DNA of 53,907 bases from Bdellovibrionales bacterium. GTDB taxonomy: Bacteria > Bdellovibrionota > Bdellovibrionia > Bdellovibrionales > JAGQZY01. The stretch is from positions 1 to 53,907 of the forward strand of contig JANPLN010000071.1 of assembly GCA_031426555.1 (NCBI GenBank). The letters are read 5' to 3'. A program made the translations under genes and the position numbers. Each line of letters opens with the position of its first letter. Within the stretch, counting starts at the first letter, position 1. The notes below the pieces were generated by a model that was not told the origin of the DNA, did no database searches, and saw only the letters and a list, made by a program, of their open reading frames with translations. This document shows, one piece after another, positions 1 to 8,989 of the stretch.

Positions 1-465
1 CACGAAACCACGCAGATCTGCAGTCATTTGATTTTTGAGTATATGAAACAAAATTCCTGCCAAACCGCCTTTGATGTGGGGACTGGTACAGGAATTTTAG
101 GAATTCTTCTATCAAAACTGGGTGTTCCAGAGGTTTTTTGCAGCGATATTGATCCCGAGTGCAAACGTGTGACGCTAGAAAATTTTGAAAAAAACAAAAC
201 CGAAAACGTGACGTGGAGTGAGGATTTTTCGCGCCACGAAGGCCAGTGGGATTTGATCGTGGCAAACATTATTGACGGTGTGTTGTGTGATTTAAAAGTA
301 GATTTTCAAAACCATGCAAAACCAGGCACGCATTTTATTTTTAGCGGCATCTTACTCGAACGCGAAAAAGGCTTTGTTGAAGAAATGACAAAAGATTGGG
401 ACCTTAAGCTGCAAAAACGTTATGCCATGAAAGAATGGGTCGGCTTTTGGTTTTCACAATCTTAA
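1..465 (+). CDS. prmA: Ribosomal protein L11 methyltransferase (5'-truncated by window)
   Basis: Frame is open from base 1 (HETTQIC...), matching the PrmA H-x-T-T motif; SAM motif DVGTGTGIL, DLIVANI, FSGIL; directly upstream of rsmE. Confidence 0.9.
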   Translation, partial: HETTQICSHLIFEYMKQNSCQTAFDVGTGTGILGILLSKLGVPEVFCSDIDPECKRVTLENFEKNKTENVTWSEDFSRHEGQWDLIVANIIDGVLCDLKVDFQNHAKPGTHFIFSGILLEREKGFVEEMTKDWDLKLQKRYAMKEWVGFWFSQS

Positions 466-476
466 GGAGTTAACTT

Positions 477-1220
477 TTGCGCCGTTATCGTTTGGAACAT
501 GCTTCGGAAAAAGATGAAAACGTCCTTATCGAAGGCGATGAGTTTCACCATATTGTGGATGTGTGCCGGCAAGGTAAAGGGGCTAAATTTGAAGTGTTAA
601 CACCTTCGGGTTTTGCTCTGCTCGTCGAAATCGAAGACGTTGGAAAAAAATCTGCGCTGACTCGTGTTTTAGAACGCCGGCAGATTCCACCACTTAAAAA
701 ACCGTGGATTCATTTAGCCATGTCTGTGCCCAAAATCGCAACCCTCGAAGCGGTGATGGAAAAAGCTGTGGAGCTAGGTGTTTACAAAATCCATCCTTTT
801 TTTTCCGATTACAGTTTTGTAAAAACGCAAAAAACAGTTTTGCAAAATAAGCGCGCGCGTTTTGAAAAAATCATTCAATCAGCCACCCAGCAATCGGGAC
901 GGGGAGATTGGATGGGGCTTGAAGATCCCTGTGATTTGCAGCAAATTTTACAGCGCTTTCAGAGCAGCTCGAAAGCCAAAGGGATTTTTGCTTACGAGGG
1001 CGCCGGAGAGCTGAGCCTTCAACAGGCCGTTTCGGGGGAGACAAACCTTGAAAATCTTTGGATTTTTGTGGGAAGTGAGGGTGGATTTTCGACTCAGGAG
1101 GTTGAAATCTTTAAAAAAGTTAACCTTTTTCCCATTTCCTTGGGTCAGCAGGTGTTGCGGGTTGAAACGGCTTGCGTCACACTTCTCGGCATCATAAAGT
1201 ATCAGCTGGATCTATTTTAG
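477..1220 (+). CDS. rsmE: 16S rRNA m3U1498 methyltransferase
   Basis: EKAVELGV, ATQQSGR, IFVGSEGGFS and LGQQVLRVETA SPOUT motifs; AAGGAG RBS before TTG start. Confidence 0.93.
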   Translation: MRRYRLEHASEKDENVLIEGDEFHHIVDVCRQGKGAKFEVLTPSGFALLVEIEDVGKKSALTRVLERRQIPPLKKPWIHLAMSVPKIATLEAVMEKAVELGVYKIHPFFSDYSFVKTQKTVLQNKRARFEKIIQSATQQSGRGDWMGLEDPCDLQQILQRFQSSSKAKGIFAYEGAGELSLQQAVSGETNLENLWIFVGSEGGFSTQEVEIFKKVNLFPISLGQQVLRVETACVTLLGIIKYQLDLF

Positions 1221-1229
1221 GAGCGCTCG

Positions 1230-2147
1230 ATGGAAATGGATGATTTTGATTTTAAGCCAATTACCAAAGGCCTTGGGTTTGATAAAAAAGCGGAAGAAAC
1301 TAAACCGCTACCAAGCCACATTCCACCTTCGCTGAGTTTTAACGAAAAAATCGAAGCTCCAGTAAAGCCAGAAGTTTTTCAAAAATCCATCGACTGGAAT
1401 ATGAATCCTCCTAAAACCAGCCGCATGATTAGCGACATGCTTAACTCGTTACCGCCGGCCATGGAATTTGCCCCAGAGACTACAAAGCCTACGGAATCCA
1501 AAGTGCAAATGCCCATCGGTCGCGCCGATTACATGCCAGCAACGGCACCTACGCTTGGTTACACAAAGCCGCTGGATTTACCGAAAGTAAATCCAGAAGA
1601 CCCTGAGCTGACCAAAGAGGGCCGCATGGATGTGAGCTTGAATAACACTTTGGAAAAAGCGTTTCCAAAAGTGGGCTTCCGCCGTCCGTTCTTTCATCAA
1701 ACGGTGGAAGTTCAGCCTCAATACACTCCAGTGACTTCCAGTTTTACCTCTGCCATTTTAGATTTGCTCGTGATCTCAGGCTTAACCGCCCTGATGCTGG
1801 TGGGAATTATTTTGCTCACCAAAGTTGATTTGATCGCGGTGATCCTGCACACAACTGCGCCGCTGAGTGTATGGCTTGAGATTGGCGCCATCTTCTTTGG
1901 TGTGTATACGCTTTACTACATGTGCACGCGCGGCCTTTGGGGTAACACGCTGGGCGATTGGGCCTTTGATATTCAATTAGGCCTCGAAGAGGAACGATTG
2001 CAGTGGTTTTATCCTGCACAGGTGGTCTACCGTATGACGTTGATTGCACTGACTGGATTTGTGATCTTTCCGTTGATTTCTTTTTTGTTTAAAAAGGATT
2101 TAGGGTACTGGATCTCGGGTCTTCGTTTGTACTCACGCAATTACTAA
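1230..2147 (+). CDS. RDD-family membrane protein with Pro-rich N-terminal extension
   Basis: C-terminal three hydrophobic segments with 'SAILDLL' and 'GNTLGDW' RDD-like motifs; low-complexity N-terminus. Confidence 0.6.
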   Translation: MEMDDFDFKPITKGLGFDKKAEETKPLPSHIPPSLSFNEKIEAPVKPEVFQKSIDWNMNPPKTSRMISDMLNSLPPAMEFAPETTKPTESKVQMPIGRADYMPATAPTLGYTKPLDLPKVNPEDPELTKEGRMDVSLNNTLEKAFPKVGFRRPFFHQTVEVQPQYTPVTSSFTSAILDLLVISGLTALMLVGIILLTKVDLIAVILHTTAPLSVWLEIGAIFFGVYTLYYMCTRGLWGNTLGDWAFDIQLGLEEERLQWFYPAQVVYRMTLIALTGFVIFPLISFLFKKDLGYWISGLRLYSRNY

Positions 2148-2615
2148 GTGAGCGGGTCAATGAAAGACGTCTTCGAAAAAATTAAAGCACTTCAGCAGCA
2201 AAACAAAAAAGTCGTTTTCACCAACGGCTGTTTTGATCTTTTACATGTGGGGCATGTGCGCTATTTGGCAGAAGCTAAAAAGCTGGGTGATTTTTTAATC
2301 GTCGGCATCAACTCGGACGAAAGCGTGAAGCGCCTGAAGGGCCCCACGCGTCCGATTCAGAATCAACAAGACCGTGCGGAAATTCTCAAAGCCCTCGAAG
2401 CGGTGGACGAAACCGTGATCTTCACCGAGGACACTCCAGAAAATTTAATCAAAAGCGTCCGCCCCGACATTCTCGTCAAAGGCGGCGACTGGAAGGTGGA
2501 CGACATCGTAGGCGGCCCCTTTGTGCAATCCTACGGCGGCCAAGTTTGCTCGCTCACATTCATCGACGGCAAGTCGACTACGAAGATTATCGAAAAGGCC
2601 GCGATCAAAAAATAA
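2148..2615 (+). CDS. rfaE2: D-glycero-beta-D-manno-heptose 1-phosphate adenylyltransferase
   Basis: VFTNGCFDLLHVGH, GINSDESV, PDILVKGGD and STTKII motifs. Start may be ATG at 2160. Confidence 0.9.
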   Translation: MSGSMKDVFEKIKALQQQNKKVVFTNGCFDLLHVGHVRYLAEAKKLGDFLIVGINSDESVKRLKGPTRPIQNQQDRAEILKALEAVDETVIFTEDTPENLIKSVRPDILVKGGDWKVDDIVGGPFVQSYGGQVCSLTFIDGKSTTKIIEKAAIKK

Positions 2616-2618
2616 CGG

Positions 2619-3104
2619 TTAGATGTCAACGGGCGCAGCGGTTCCGCCAGCGGCACCATCTTGGCTTTGCGGATTTGTGTTTTTCGGTACACAAAAGAAT
2701 TCGACAAGTACATGTTCATGGCCATAGGGATCTTTCTTCATTCTTTTAGTAGTTACTCCGCGATGACCGCTTCCTTTTTCGCATACAAAAGTCCCTTGGA
2801 TAGCTGATACGGGGGAGCAATTTTTCGATTTCACAGCGCACATCATAAGATTGGTTCCTGGCGCTACGGCACATGTCGTATTGGCTGCGGTGACTCCACA
2901 AAAAGCGGATGGGGTTTGGCCCAATGTTTTGTCTTCCGTTCCATCGTCCTTAAAAAAGCCTAATTTGTCGCGCTCTTTAAATTGTCTTATACAATCAGAC
3001 TCCTTCGTAAGCTCCAAACATTTAAAATTAAAATCTGCTTTTGCGGAAAGACCCGACAAAAACAGGCAAACGAAAATAAATAACCTTGGTTTAAAATTCT
3101 TCAT
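2619..3104 (-). CDS. Secreted Cys-rich hypothetical protein
   Basis: Signal peptide ending AKA; 8 Cys in the mature part; AAGGAG RBS. Confidence 0.7.
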   Translation of the reverse strand: MKNFKPRLFIFVCLFLSGLSAKADFNFKCLELTKESDCIRQFKERDKLGFFKDDGTEDKTLGQTPSAFCGVTAANTTCAVAPGTNLMMCAVKSKNCSPVSAIQGTFVCEKGSGHRGVTTKRMKKDPYGHEHVLVEFFCVPKNTNPQSQDGAAGGTAAPVDI

Positions 3105-3179
3105 GTGAACTCCTTTTTTCTAAGAGTATCTCATTCGTGCGATAAATGAAACTGCCCCCGACGCTCGTCTGTTGGTGGA

Positions 3180-3216
3180 GGTCCTTCGCTGCGCTTACGA
3201 TGGCTACGCCACTCAA
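3180..3216. repeat. Degenerate REP-like palindromic element
   Basis: Intergenic GC-rich segment with two mini-hairpins, on the - strand GC-GCA-GC (3188-3194) and TGGC-GTA-GCCA (3201-3211). Confidence 0.4.
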
Positions 3217-3226
3217 GATAGTGTCA

Positions 3227-5122
3227 TTAGAAGTAGTACTTGAAGTGGAGGCTGGCTTCGGTGAAGTCGTCCCAGGCTTCGAAGTCGGCCATGATGGCCA
3301 TATCGGCGCCTGTGAAATAGTACTGCGCTTGCAGGCGAGCTAAGAGTAGCTCGTGCCAGTTGGAGGTAAATTGGTAGTCGAAGAGATATTTTACATCCAG
3401 GGAAATTTTAAAATTATCGGCGAGTCGTGTGAGGGTGCCGACCACGGGTCCTGTGCGAAGGGCAAAATCGTGATTGAGGGAGGAGAGCTGATTGGCCTCG
3501 GAGTGGAGTAAAAAATAGGTAATGCTTTTTTGCTGCGTGAACGGTGTGTAAACCGAGAGGCCTGGTGCCAGAGCAAAAAATAGACTGCTGCTGCGACGGG
3601 ATTTTTTTTGTGCGAATGGCTGAAGGCCGGTGTTAAAGCGCCATGCCGGTTTCATGTCGATCTGATCCATGGGCGTGAGCACACCGATGCGAACCACATC
3701 CACTTTGTGGACGCGCGCACTCCACTGGTTATTATCTTTTTGAAAAATTCTGGCTTCCATATCTAGAAAGTTAATCTCGGATGAGAAATCAAAACCCTGA
3801 TGAGGATCAATCAAATCATGCATGGCCGGTTTCCAGCGCAAGCCCACAAAAGGATTGTCGTTGGCTTGGACCCCGCCACCAAGGCTCAACATACCCGATG
3901 GGTGAAATTTATGAGGTGGAATTTCGTTTTCGAAGTTCAGTACAGTGGGAGGATCTTTTGCTTGGCTTCGGCGAATCAGAAGAGGTCGTTTGAGATTGTC
4001 GAACTCGGTTTCGTTGCTACCTGCCAGCTTCGCGTTTTTGTAATCAAAATAGTCTAGCGCCGCATCGATTTGTTGGGTGCTGCTCAGAATGTTGAGTTGC
4101 TCTTTATCGATATTTTTACGCGCAAGAAGCTCCACTGAACTCTTAACAGTTTTGATTTCCTCGGAGGACAGCAGACTAAACCGTTTCGAAACCTTTTTTC
4201 TTAGCGATGGACGCAATTGATAATTCTCAACAAAAGCGTCCTGTTTGAACAACGCGCGAACAGTGTCTATGGGAATGGTGTGGGTTCTAGGGAGATGTTT
4301 AGTGAGCTGCAAGCGCGGGCTCGATGCTTCGAGGATCCGCAAGATCCAGTAGGAGCAGTTCTCGTCCAGGTAATAGTAGGGTGCCCATACATTTCCCAAC
4401 TCCCAAATATGATGGAGAAGAAGATTTTTTTCTTCGCTCGTCAAATTGAGCTGGTACGACCACAGATCGCGGGATTCAAAGTCGTTGTACTCGCGAACTT
4501 TGTAATAGTAAGGAACCGCAGTGAATTCGCCGTGGAAAAATCCGGCAAATCCCTTGATGGCGTAGAGAATGGCGTTGGACGTGTCTACGGTGGCGGCGAA
4601 GTTGATTCCATAATTTAAAAGATCGTCGTCGTTGGCTTTGCGGTTGATTTTTAAAAGCGTATGGCCAAAAGCCGACGAGGGATTGTGTAGATAATAGGAG
4701 GAGAACACTACGGACACTGAGTTGATGGCAGTGCGTTCGATAAACTCATTGAGCTTTAAACATGGAGCAAAGTTGGGTGATTGCCCAGGCGCTAGTTGCT
4801 CGTAAAGAAACAGCGTGCGAGCTGGAAAACGACAGAGCACATGATCGTTGTTTATCGGTGTCGCATGCAAAGCTTCGGAAAAAGATTTTAATTCCGCGGT
4901 GGAATCAGCCTTGATATTTTTGCTGACAAAAAAATCCGGTTTGATCACTTTGCTGCGCGAAGGTTTGTCGTAGTGTAGAAGACGGAGCCACTGCGGATGC
5001 TTAGCGAGATCGACAATCTGTTGTGTTGTGATTTCTAATTTGTTGGGATTTGGCTTTTGCGGAGCAGGTGTTTCGAGAGCGAAACTAAAAACGGAATGGA
5101 GAAAAAAAAAGAGGTAAGCCAT
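3227..5122 (-). CDS. DUF4105 (Lnb-like) periplasmic-domain protein with C-terminal beta-barrel-like region
   Basis: Signal peptide; W-x-x-LLHY, CRFPAR, SAFGHT and YYYLDENCS motifs; aromatic C-terminus (KYYF); follows a DUF3015-like gene. Confidence 0.8.
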   Translation of the reverse strand: MAYLFFFLHSVFSFALETPAPQKPNPNKLEITTQQIVDLAKHPQWLRLLHYDKPSRSKVIKPDFFVSKNIKADSTAELKSFSEALHATPINNDHVLCRFPARTLFLYEQLAPGQSPNFAPCLKLNEFIERTAINSVSVVFSSYYLHNPSSAFGHTLLKINRKANDDDLLNYGINFAATVDTSNAILYAIKGFAGFFHGEFTAVPYYYKVREYNDFESRDLWSYQLNLTSEEKNLLLHHIWELGNVWAPYYYLDENCSYWILRILEASSPRLQLTKHLPRTHTIPIDTVRALFKQDAFVENYQLRPSLRKKVSKRFSLLSSEEIKTVKSSVELLARKNIDKEQLNILSSTQQIDAALDYFDYKNAKLAGSNETEFDNLKRPLLIRRSQAKDPPTVLNFENEIPPHKFHPSGMLSLGGGVQANDNPFVGLRWKPAMHDLIDPHQGFDFSSEINFLDMEARIFQKDNNQWSARVHKVDVVRIGVLTPMDQIDMKPAWRFNTGLQPFAQKKSRRSSSLFFALAPGLSVYTPFTQQKSITYFLLHSEANQLSSLNHDFALRTGPVVGTLTRLADNFKISLDVKYLFDYQFTSNWHELLLARLQAQYYFTGADMAIMADFEAWDDFTEASLHFKYYF

Positions 5123-5145
5123 GGCTTACCTCTTTGGTTAACTTA

Positions 5146-5607
5146 TTAGATGTTAGCTTGGCAACTGTTTAGAGCAACAGCTTGCATTTTAAGAGCTAAT
5201 TTATCAGAAGATTCGTTTTCTGTGAAAATTTCTGAATACTGGCTTTGAAGAGCAGAAGCAAACGCAGGAGTTGCTTGGCAGTTATAGATACCAGCAAGAG
5301 CGTTGATTGTTTCGCCTTGGCCACGAGCTACGTCGTTAGAAATTTCTGTTTTGTTGGCTTCGATGAAAACTTTTGCTTTTTCCATTTGTCCAAATAGAGC
5401 GTTAGAATCGCACTCTAGGGAACCAGTTGTGATACCAAAAGTTTGGCTACCAAGAGTTCCGTTAGTAGTAGCAGCTAAAGTTTGAGCCCACCACTCGTTG
5501 TTGTTTTTGAAAACGAGAGCTCCGAATCCACAACCAGCCGCTTTGTAGCCTGCTGATGCGCTTAAAGAAAATAGAGCAAAGAATAAACCAATTACTAGAT
5601 GTTTCAT
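5146..5607 (-). CDS. DUF3015-family secreted protein
   Basis: Signal peptide; AGCGFG, ATTNGT, TFGITTGSLEC and DVARGQGE motifs. Confidence 0.85.
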   Translation of the reverse strand: MKHLVIGLFFALFSLSASAGYKAAGCGFGALVFKNNNEWWAQTLAATTNGTLGSQTFGITTGSLECDSNALFGQMEKAKVFIEANKTEISNDVARGQGETINALAGIYNCQATPAFASALQSQYSEIFTENESSDKLALKMQAVALNSCQANI

Positions 5608-5683
5608 AAATCTCCTTATTGTTGTTTTGGTTGAGAAATTAGTATTATTTGCTTTTAAACGTTTGTCGATAATAAAGATGTGA

Positions 5684-6412
5684 TTAAAAAGCGAAGCTCA
5701 CTTTTGCTGAATAAATAGGCTGAACATAGTGATCCACCGATAGAGTGGCATTCCAAAGGGTCCACTCGTAGGTCATTCCGAGGGCGCTGTGCAGCGCTTG
5801 CACCTCTTCAGTCTCTGCAACCAGCGAATCAGTGGTTCCATTGGTGCCGCCCACAAACTTGCCATAGGCCCCCGTCCAACCCAGCGAGGTAAAGATAGAA
5901 AACGCGTTTCGCTGGTAACCGATCATTAAATCCGCACCCAGGTTTCGACTGACCAGTTGGTTGTTAAAATTTGCACTGTTGGCATGCAACAGCGCCGTGG
6001 CGTAGAAATTTTTTGCTTCTGTCTGATAAAAGTTAAGGCGAAAAAGGCTGCCAAACTCCGAAAGCCCAAAGGTGGCCGTGTAAGGAATGAAATGAAAAAA
6101 CAAATCCATGCGATCGTAGATGCCTTTGCCAATGATGATTTTGGGATAATAAAGAATGCTTTTGGTTTGCTCATCATCGATTAAATTTTTAATGGGATTT
6201 GTGTCGATAAACTCAAAAGCAATTCCCACCTCGATGCCGCTATCTGTTCCCAGAGGGCGTAAGGTGGAGAGATTTTTACTGCTCGAACCGAGGCCAAGGA
6301 CTTTCAGCACTTCCACGCGGTTGTGGGAGTTGAGCCCAGAAGCTAGGTTAAACTCCGCATTGGAAAAATAAATCAGTAAATGAAATAACCACAGCGCCAT
6401 GGGTGCCATCAT
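5684..6412 (-). CDS. Putative outer-membrane beta-barrel protein
   Basis: Signal peptide, alternating hydrophobic strands, terminal Phe (KVSFAF). Confidence 0.6.
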   Translation of the reverse strand: MMAPMALWLFHLLIYFSNAEFNLASGLNSHNRVEVLKVLGLGSSSKNLSTLRPLGTDSGIEVGIAFEFIDTNPIKNLIDDEQTKSILYYPKIIIGKGIYDRMDLFFHFIPYTATFGLSEFGSLFRLNFYQTEAKNFYATALLHANSANFNNQLVSRNLGADLMIGYQRNAFSIFTSLGWTGAYGKFVGGTNGTTDSLVAETEEVQALHSALGMTYEWTLWNATLSVDHYVQPIYSAKVSFAF

Positions 6413-6445
6413 AGGCGGATCGCGGAAAGTTGTCTAGACAGATGA

Positions 6446-7567
6446 TTAGATAGAGATCGTCGAAATAAACTCAGTCAAGGCCGTTAAGGTCTTTTGCGCC
6501 TGAGATTTAATTTTAGCGTCTTTAGATTCTGTAAGCCCCTGTTGGTCGATGACCGTCAACGCCTGTTCAAAGCGGGGTTCAACGGTGGAAGTACTTGATC
6601 TCGCCGGTTGAGCGCCCTCTTCAAGGGTTCCGTTGTCGGAATACTTTTTCGTCGCATCATTTAAAACCACAAGAGCTTCGTAGGTCGCTCGATTGGAGTC
6701 TGTAGAATTTAATTTGAGAGCAGAAACCACATGCGATAGTCGTTGTTCTAAATAGTAGTTGGCCACTTCGCGACTCGCCGCTGAGCGCAGGTCGGCATCG
6801 GGATCCGTGTGCTTCATGACTGAAAGCTCGGAAAAACTTCGTACGCTGGGAGTGGATGATAAAGCCAACAGACCAAACTCGCGAACAACAACACGCTCGT
6901 CTTGACGCATTTCAGTGACAATGTCGTAGAAAACGTCGTTAGAGACTTTGCGCACTTGGAAAGATTCGATCAGTTTAGAGACCATGCCTACATTTTCGTC
7001 AACAAAGATGGGCTTTTCCCAGTAAGTGACAGAATTTATGTTTTCTTTTTCTTCCTCTTCTTTATCGGTGACTGGAACTAGATTTTGCGAAACCTGTTGC
7101 GGCGTCTTATTTAAAGTGGAAGGCTCACCTTCGTAACGATCGTCGTCAAAGCCAAATCGACGCGAGCTTTTTCCAGAATCCTTGCTCGTTTTGGCTAAAC
7201 TCTTCTTGTCCTTCTTTTTCTTCTTTTGATCTTTTTTGCTAATAAATTTTGTCGAAGCGACCAATGGATGTTGGTACTCGGTGCTCGGAGTGTAAGAATT
7301 GACGTAGCCGCCGTTGGGCTGATACGTGTTTTCGGAAATTTTGTTGTTCTTGGGGCGAACGGGTACGCCTTTACGAGCTTTTCCTTCAAGGTACGATACA
7401 GAAACCTGAGGGTTCCCTTCGACATCATTTTCTATGGTGGCGAATGGCGACCACGTTGTACCATCGGCCTTCTTCGAAGTGCCCGGCATCACCCAAAAGA
7501 TCAATAGCAGTACCACTGCGATTGTTGAGCTGATATAGAATAAGGTGCGATTGTCACTATTCCCCAT
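6446..7567 (-). CDS. Membrane-anchored hypothetical protein with Lys-rich linker and HEAT-like helical C-terminus
   Basis: N-terminal TM helix; KKDQKKKKKDKK run; 'DERVVVREFGLLAL' and 'DPDADLRSAA' HEAT-like segments. Confidence 0.65.
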   Translation of the reverse strand: MGNSDNRTLFYISSTIAVVLLLIFWVMPGTSKKADGTTWSPFATIENDVEGNPQVSVSYLEGKARKGVPVRPKNNKISENTYQPNGGYVNSYTPSTEYQHPLVASTKFISKKDQKKKKKDKKSLAKTSKDSGKSSRRFGFDDDRYEGEPSTLNKTPQQVSQNLVPVTDKEEEEKENINSVTYWEKPIFVDENVGMVSKLIESFQVRKVSNDVFYDIVTEMRQDERVVVREFGLLALSSTPSVRSFSELSVMKHTDPDADLRSAASREVANYYLEQRLSHVVSALKLNSTDSNRATYEALVVLNDATKKYSDNGTLEEGAQPARSSTSTVEPRFEQALTVIDQQGLTESKDAKIKSQAQKTLTALTEFISTISI

Positions 7568-7579
7568 ACTTAAAGCTAT

Positions 7580-7595
7580 TGCATTCAGAGTGCCA
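7580..7595 (-). promoter_or_regulatory. sigma-54 -24/-12 promoter
   Basis: TGGCAC-TCTGA-ATGCA (GG-N10-GC) just upstream of the ATG at 7567. Confidence 0.65.
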
Positions 7596-7693
7596 ACATC
7601 AGAGGGGCAAATACCTTATTTTTAAAGAAAATAGAGGGGGATGGGAAAAAGCACTGTATTAATATTAGACAGCGAAGTGCCCAAATTGCGACA

Positions 7694-7708
7694 GTCTCAG
7701 AATGAGAC
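7694..7708. promoter_or_regulatory. Palindromic operator or enhancer GTCTCA-N3-TGAGAC
   Basis: GTCTCAGAATGAGAC about 100 bp upstream of the sigma-54 promoter; degenerate copy at 7656-7670. Confidence 0.5.
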
Positions 7709-7771
7709 GGTAGGTTTGGCAGCTCCGCTGCTGGTTGCTTCCGCAGTAGGTTGCCTGCTCCGCAGGGGCGA

Positions 7772-8914
7772 TTACAGTCCGCCCACAGAATTTATAAGAG
7801 CCCCAATCACCGAGTCAATTAATTCAAACATCACGTTGCCAGCATCGCCAGCGTTCGTTGTGGCGACAAACCCAATGTCCTCGGCAGGAAATAGTAATAC
7901 GTTTGCAAAATTCATTGTATTGCTTCCGGTATGTTGCAGGACCATTTGATTTCGTATCGAGAAACTCAGCCATCCGCCTGGAGTGTACTCCTGTCCTGGA
8001 TAGGGAGTGTGTAGCTTTGCGAAACTCACGGCCCGAAGAATGGGAGTATTTCGTTGTCGAAAACCATTGAGATGTGTTTGCAAAAATTGACTCCAATCGC
8101 TTAGCGAACAGTGAACTGTTCCTGCCGGGCCTAAGCTTTGGGGATTGTCCAATGCACTTGAAGCTGGTACGGGCGCGAAAATTCCGTTTTGCAAAACATG
8201 CGGCCAGGGTTGATCGGGTGAGGCCAGTGCAGGATTTCCGGGGGAACCAAACCCACAGGAAGACATCTTGAGAGGCGCAAAGATTTTTTGTTGCAGCAAT
8301 TCTTCCCAGGAAACGTTGGAATATTTTTCGAGAACCGCTCCGATAATTATATAATTCCAGTTGCTGTAAAGATAATGCGTCCCGGGTTTGTACTGCGCTG
8401 GGAAGGCAAGCAGACGTTGAGCGATTTCGTGTCGTTGATAGATTATGGGAGAGATTGCGGGTGATGGTGTTTGCGTGGAATTGTTTTGCCACATCCAGCT
8501 CCACAGCTGGCCGCTTTCAACAGCTCCCATATCGCTGGTTATTCCCGAACGATGGGCCGCGAGCATCTCGACCGTGACGTTGAGGAATTCGGAGCGAACA
8601 GCAATCTCTGGAAAGATTTCTTGCAGAGTGCTTTCCCAGCGCAGACCTCCGGCTTCGATCAGTTGCGCAAGAAGAGTGGCCGTTAAAGCTTTTGTATTTG
8701 ATCCTAAATGAAATTTATCAGTATTTAAGATTTTAGTATCGGTGCCCATCTTGCGAACGCCTGTGGTCCACACTTCGACGGATTGTGATTTTACAATGGC
8801 AGCGCCCACCCCAGGAGCGCCGATTTTGCGCCTTTGCGCCTCCAAATCGGTGACCGAAAAGGCGTGCGCCAGCACAGCAAAAAGATTTAAAAGCAAAATG
8901 CAGCCTACGCGCAC
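7772..8914 (-). CDS. Secreted serine hydrolase, beta-lactamase/AmpC-like family
   Basis: SxxK (GSNTK), YSN, HTG motifs and LAAHRSG; signal peptide. Confidence 0.88.
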   Translation of the reverse strand: MRVGCILLLNLFAVLAHAFSVTDLEAQRRKIGAPGVGAAIVKSQSVEVWTTGVRKMGTDTKILNTDKFHLGSNTKALTATLLAQLIEAGGLRWESTLQEIFPEIAVRSEFLNVTVEMLAAHRSGITSDMGAVESGQLWSWMWQNNSTQTPSPAISPIIYQRHEIAQRLLAFPAQYKPGTHYLYSNWNYIIIGAVLEKYSNVSWEELLQQKIFAPLKMSSCGFGSPGNPALASPDQPWPHVLQNGIFAPVPASSALDNPQSLGPAGTVHCSLSDWSQFLQTHLNGFRQRNTPILRAVSFAKLHTPYPGQEYTPGGWLSFSIRNQMVLQHTGSNTMNFANVLLFPAEDIGFVATTNAGDAGNVMFELIDSVIGALINSVGGL

Positions 8915-8944
8915 AAAAACGTCCCGGGTTAAGTCCGTAGTCTA

Positions 8945-8960
8945 AGCAGAGCGCGTGCCA
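8945..8960 (-). promoter_or_regulatory. sigma-54 promoter
   Basis: TGGCAC-GCGCT-CTGCT upstream of the serine hydrolase. Confidence 0.6.
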
Positions 8961-8989
8961 GTTGAATTCAAATGGATTAATCGCGAGGC

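Noticed and set aside
2610..2626. Integron attC-like core sites (ATCTAAC at the 2619 stop; similar words near 43687)
   Set aside because: No matching partner site at attC distance and no integrase in the window.
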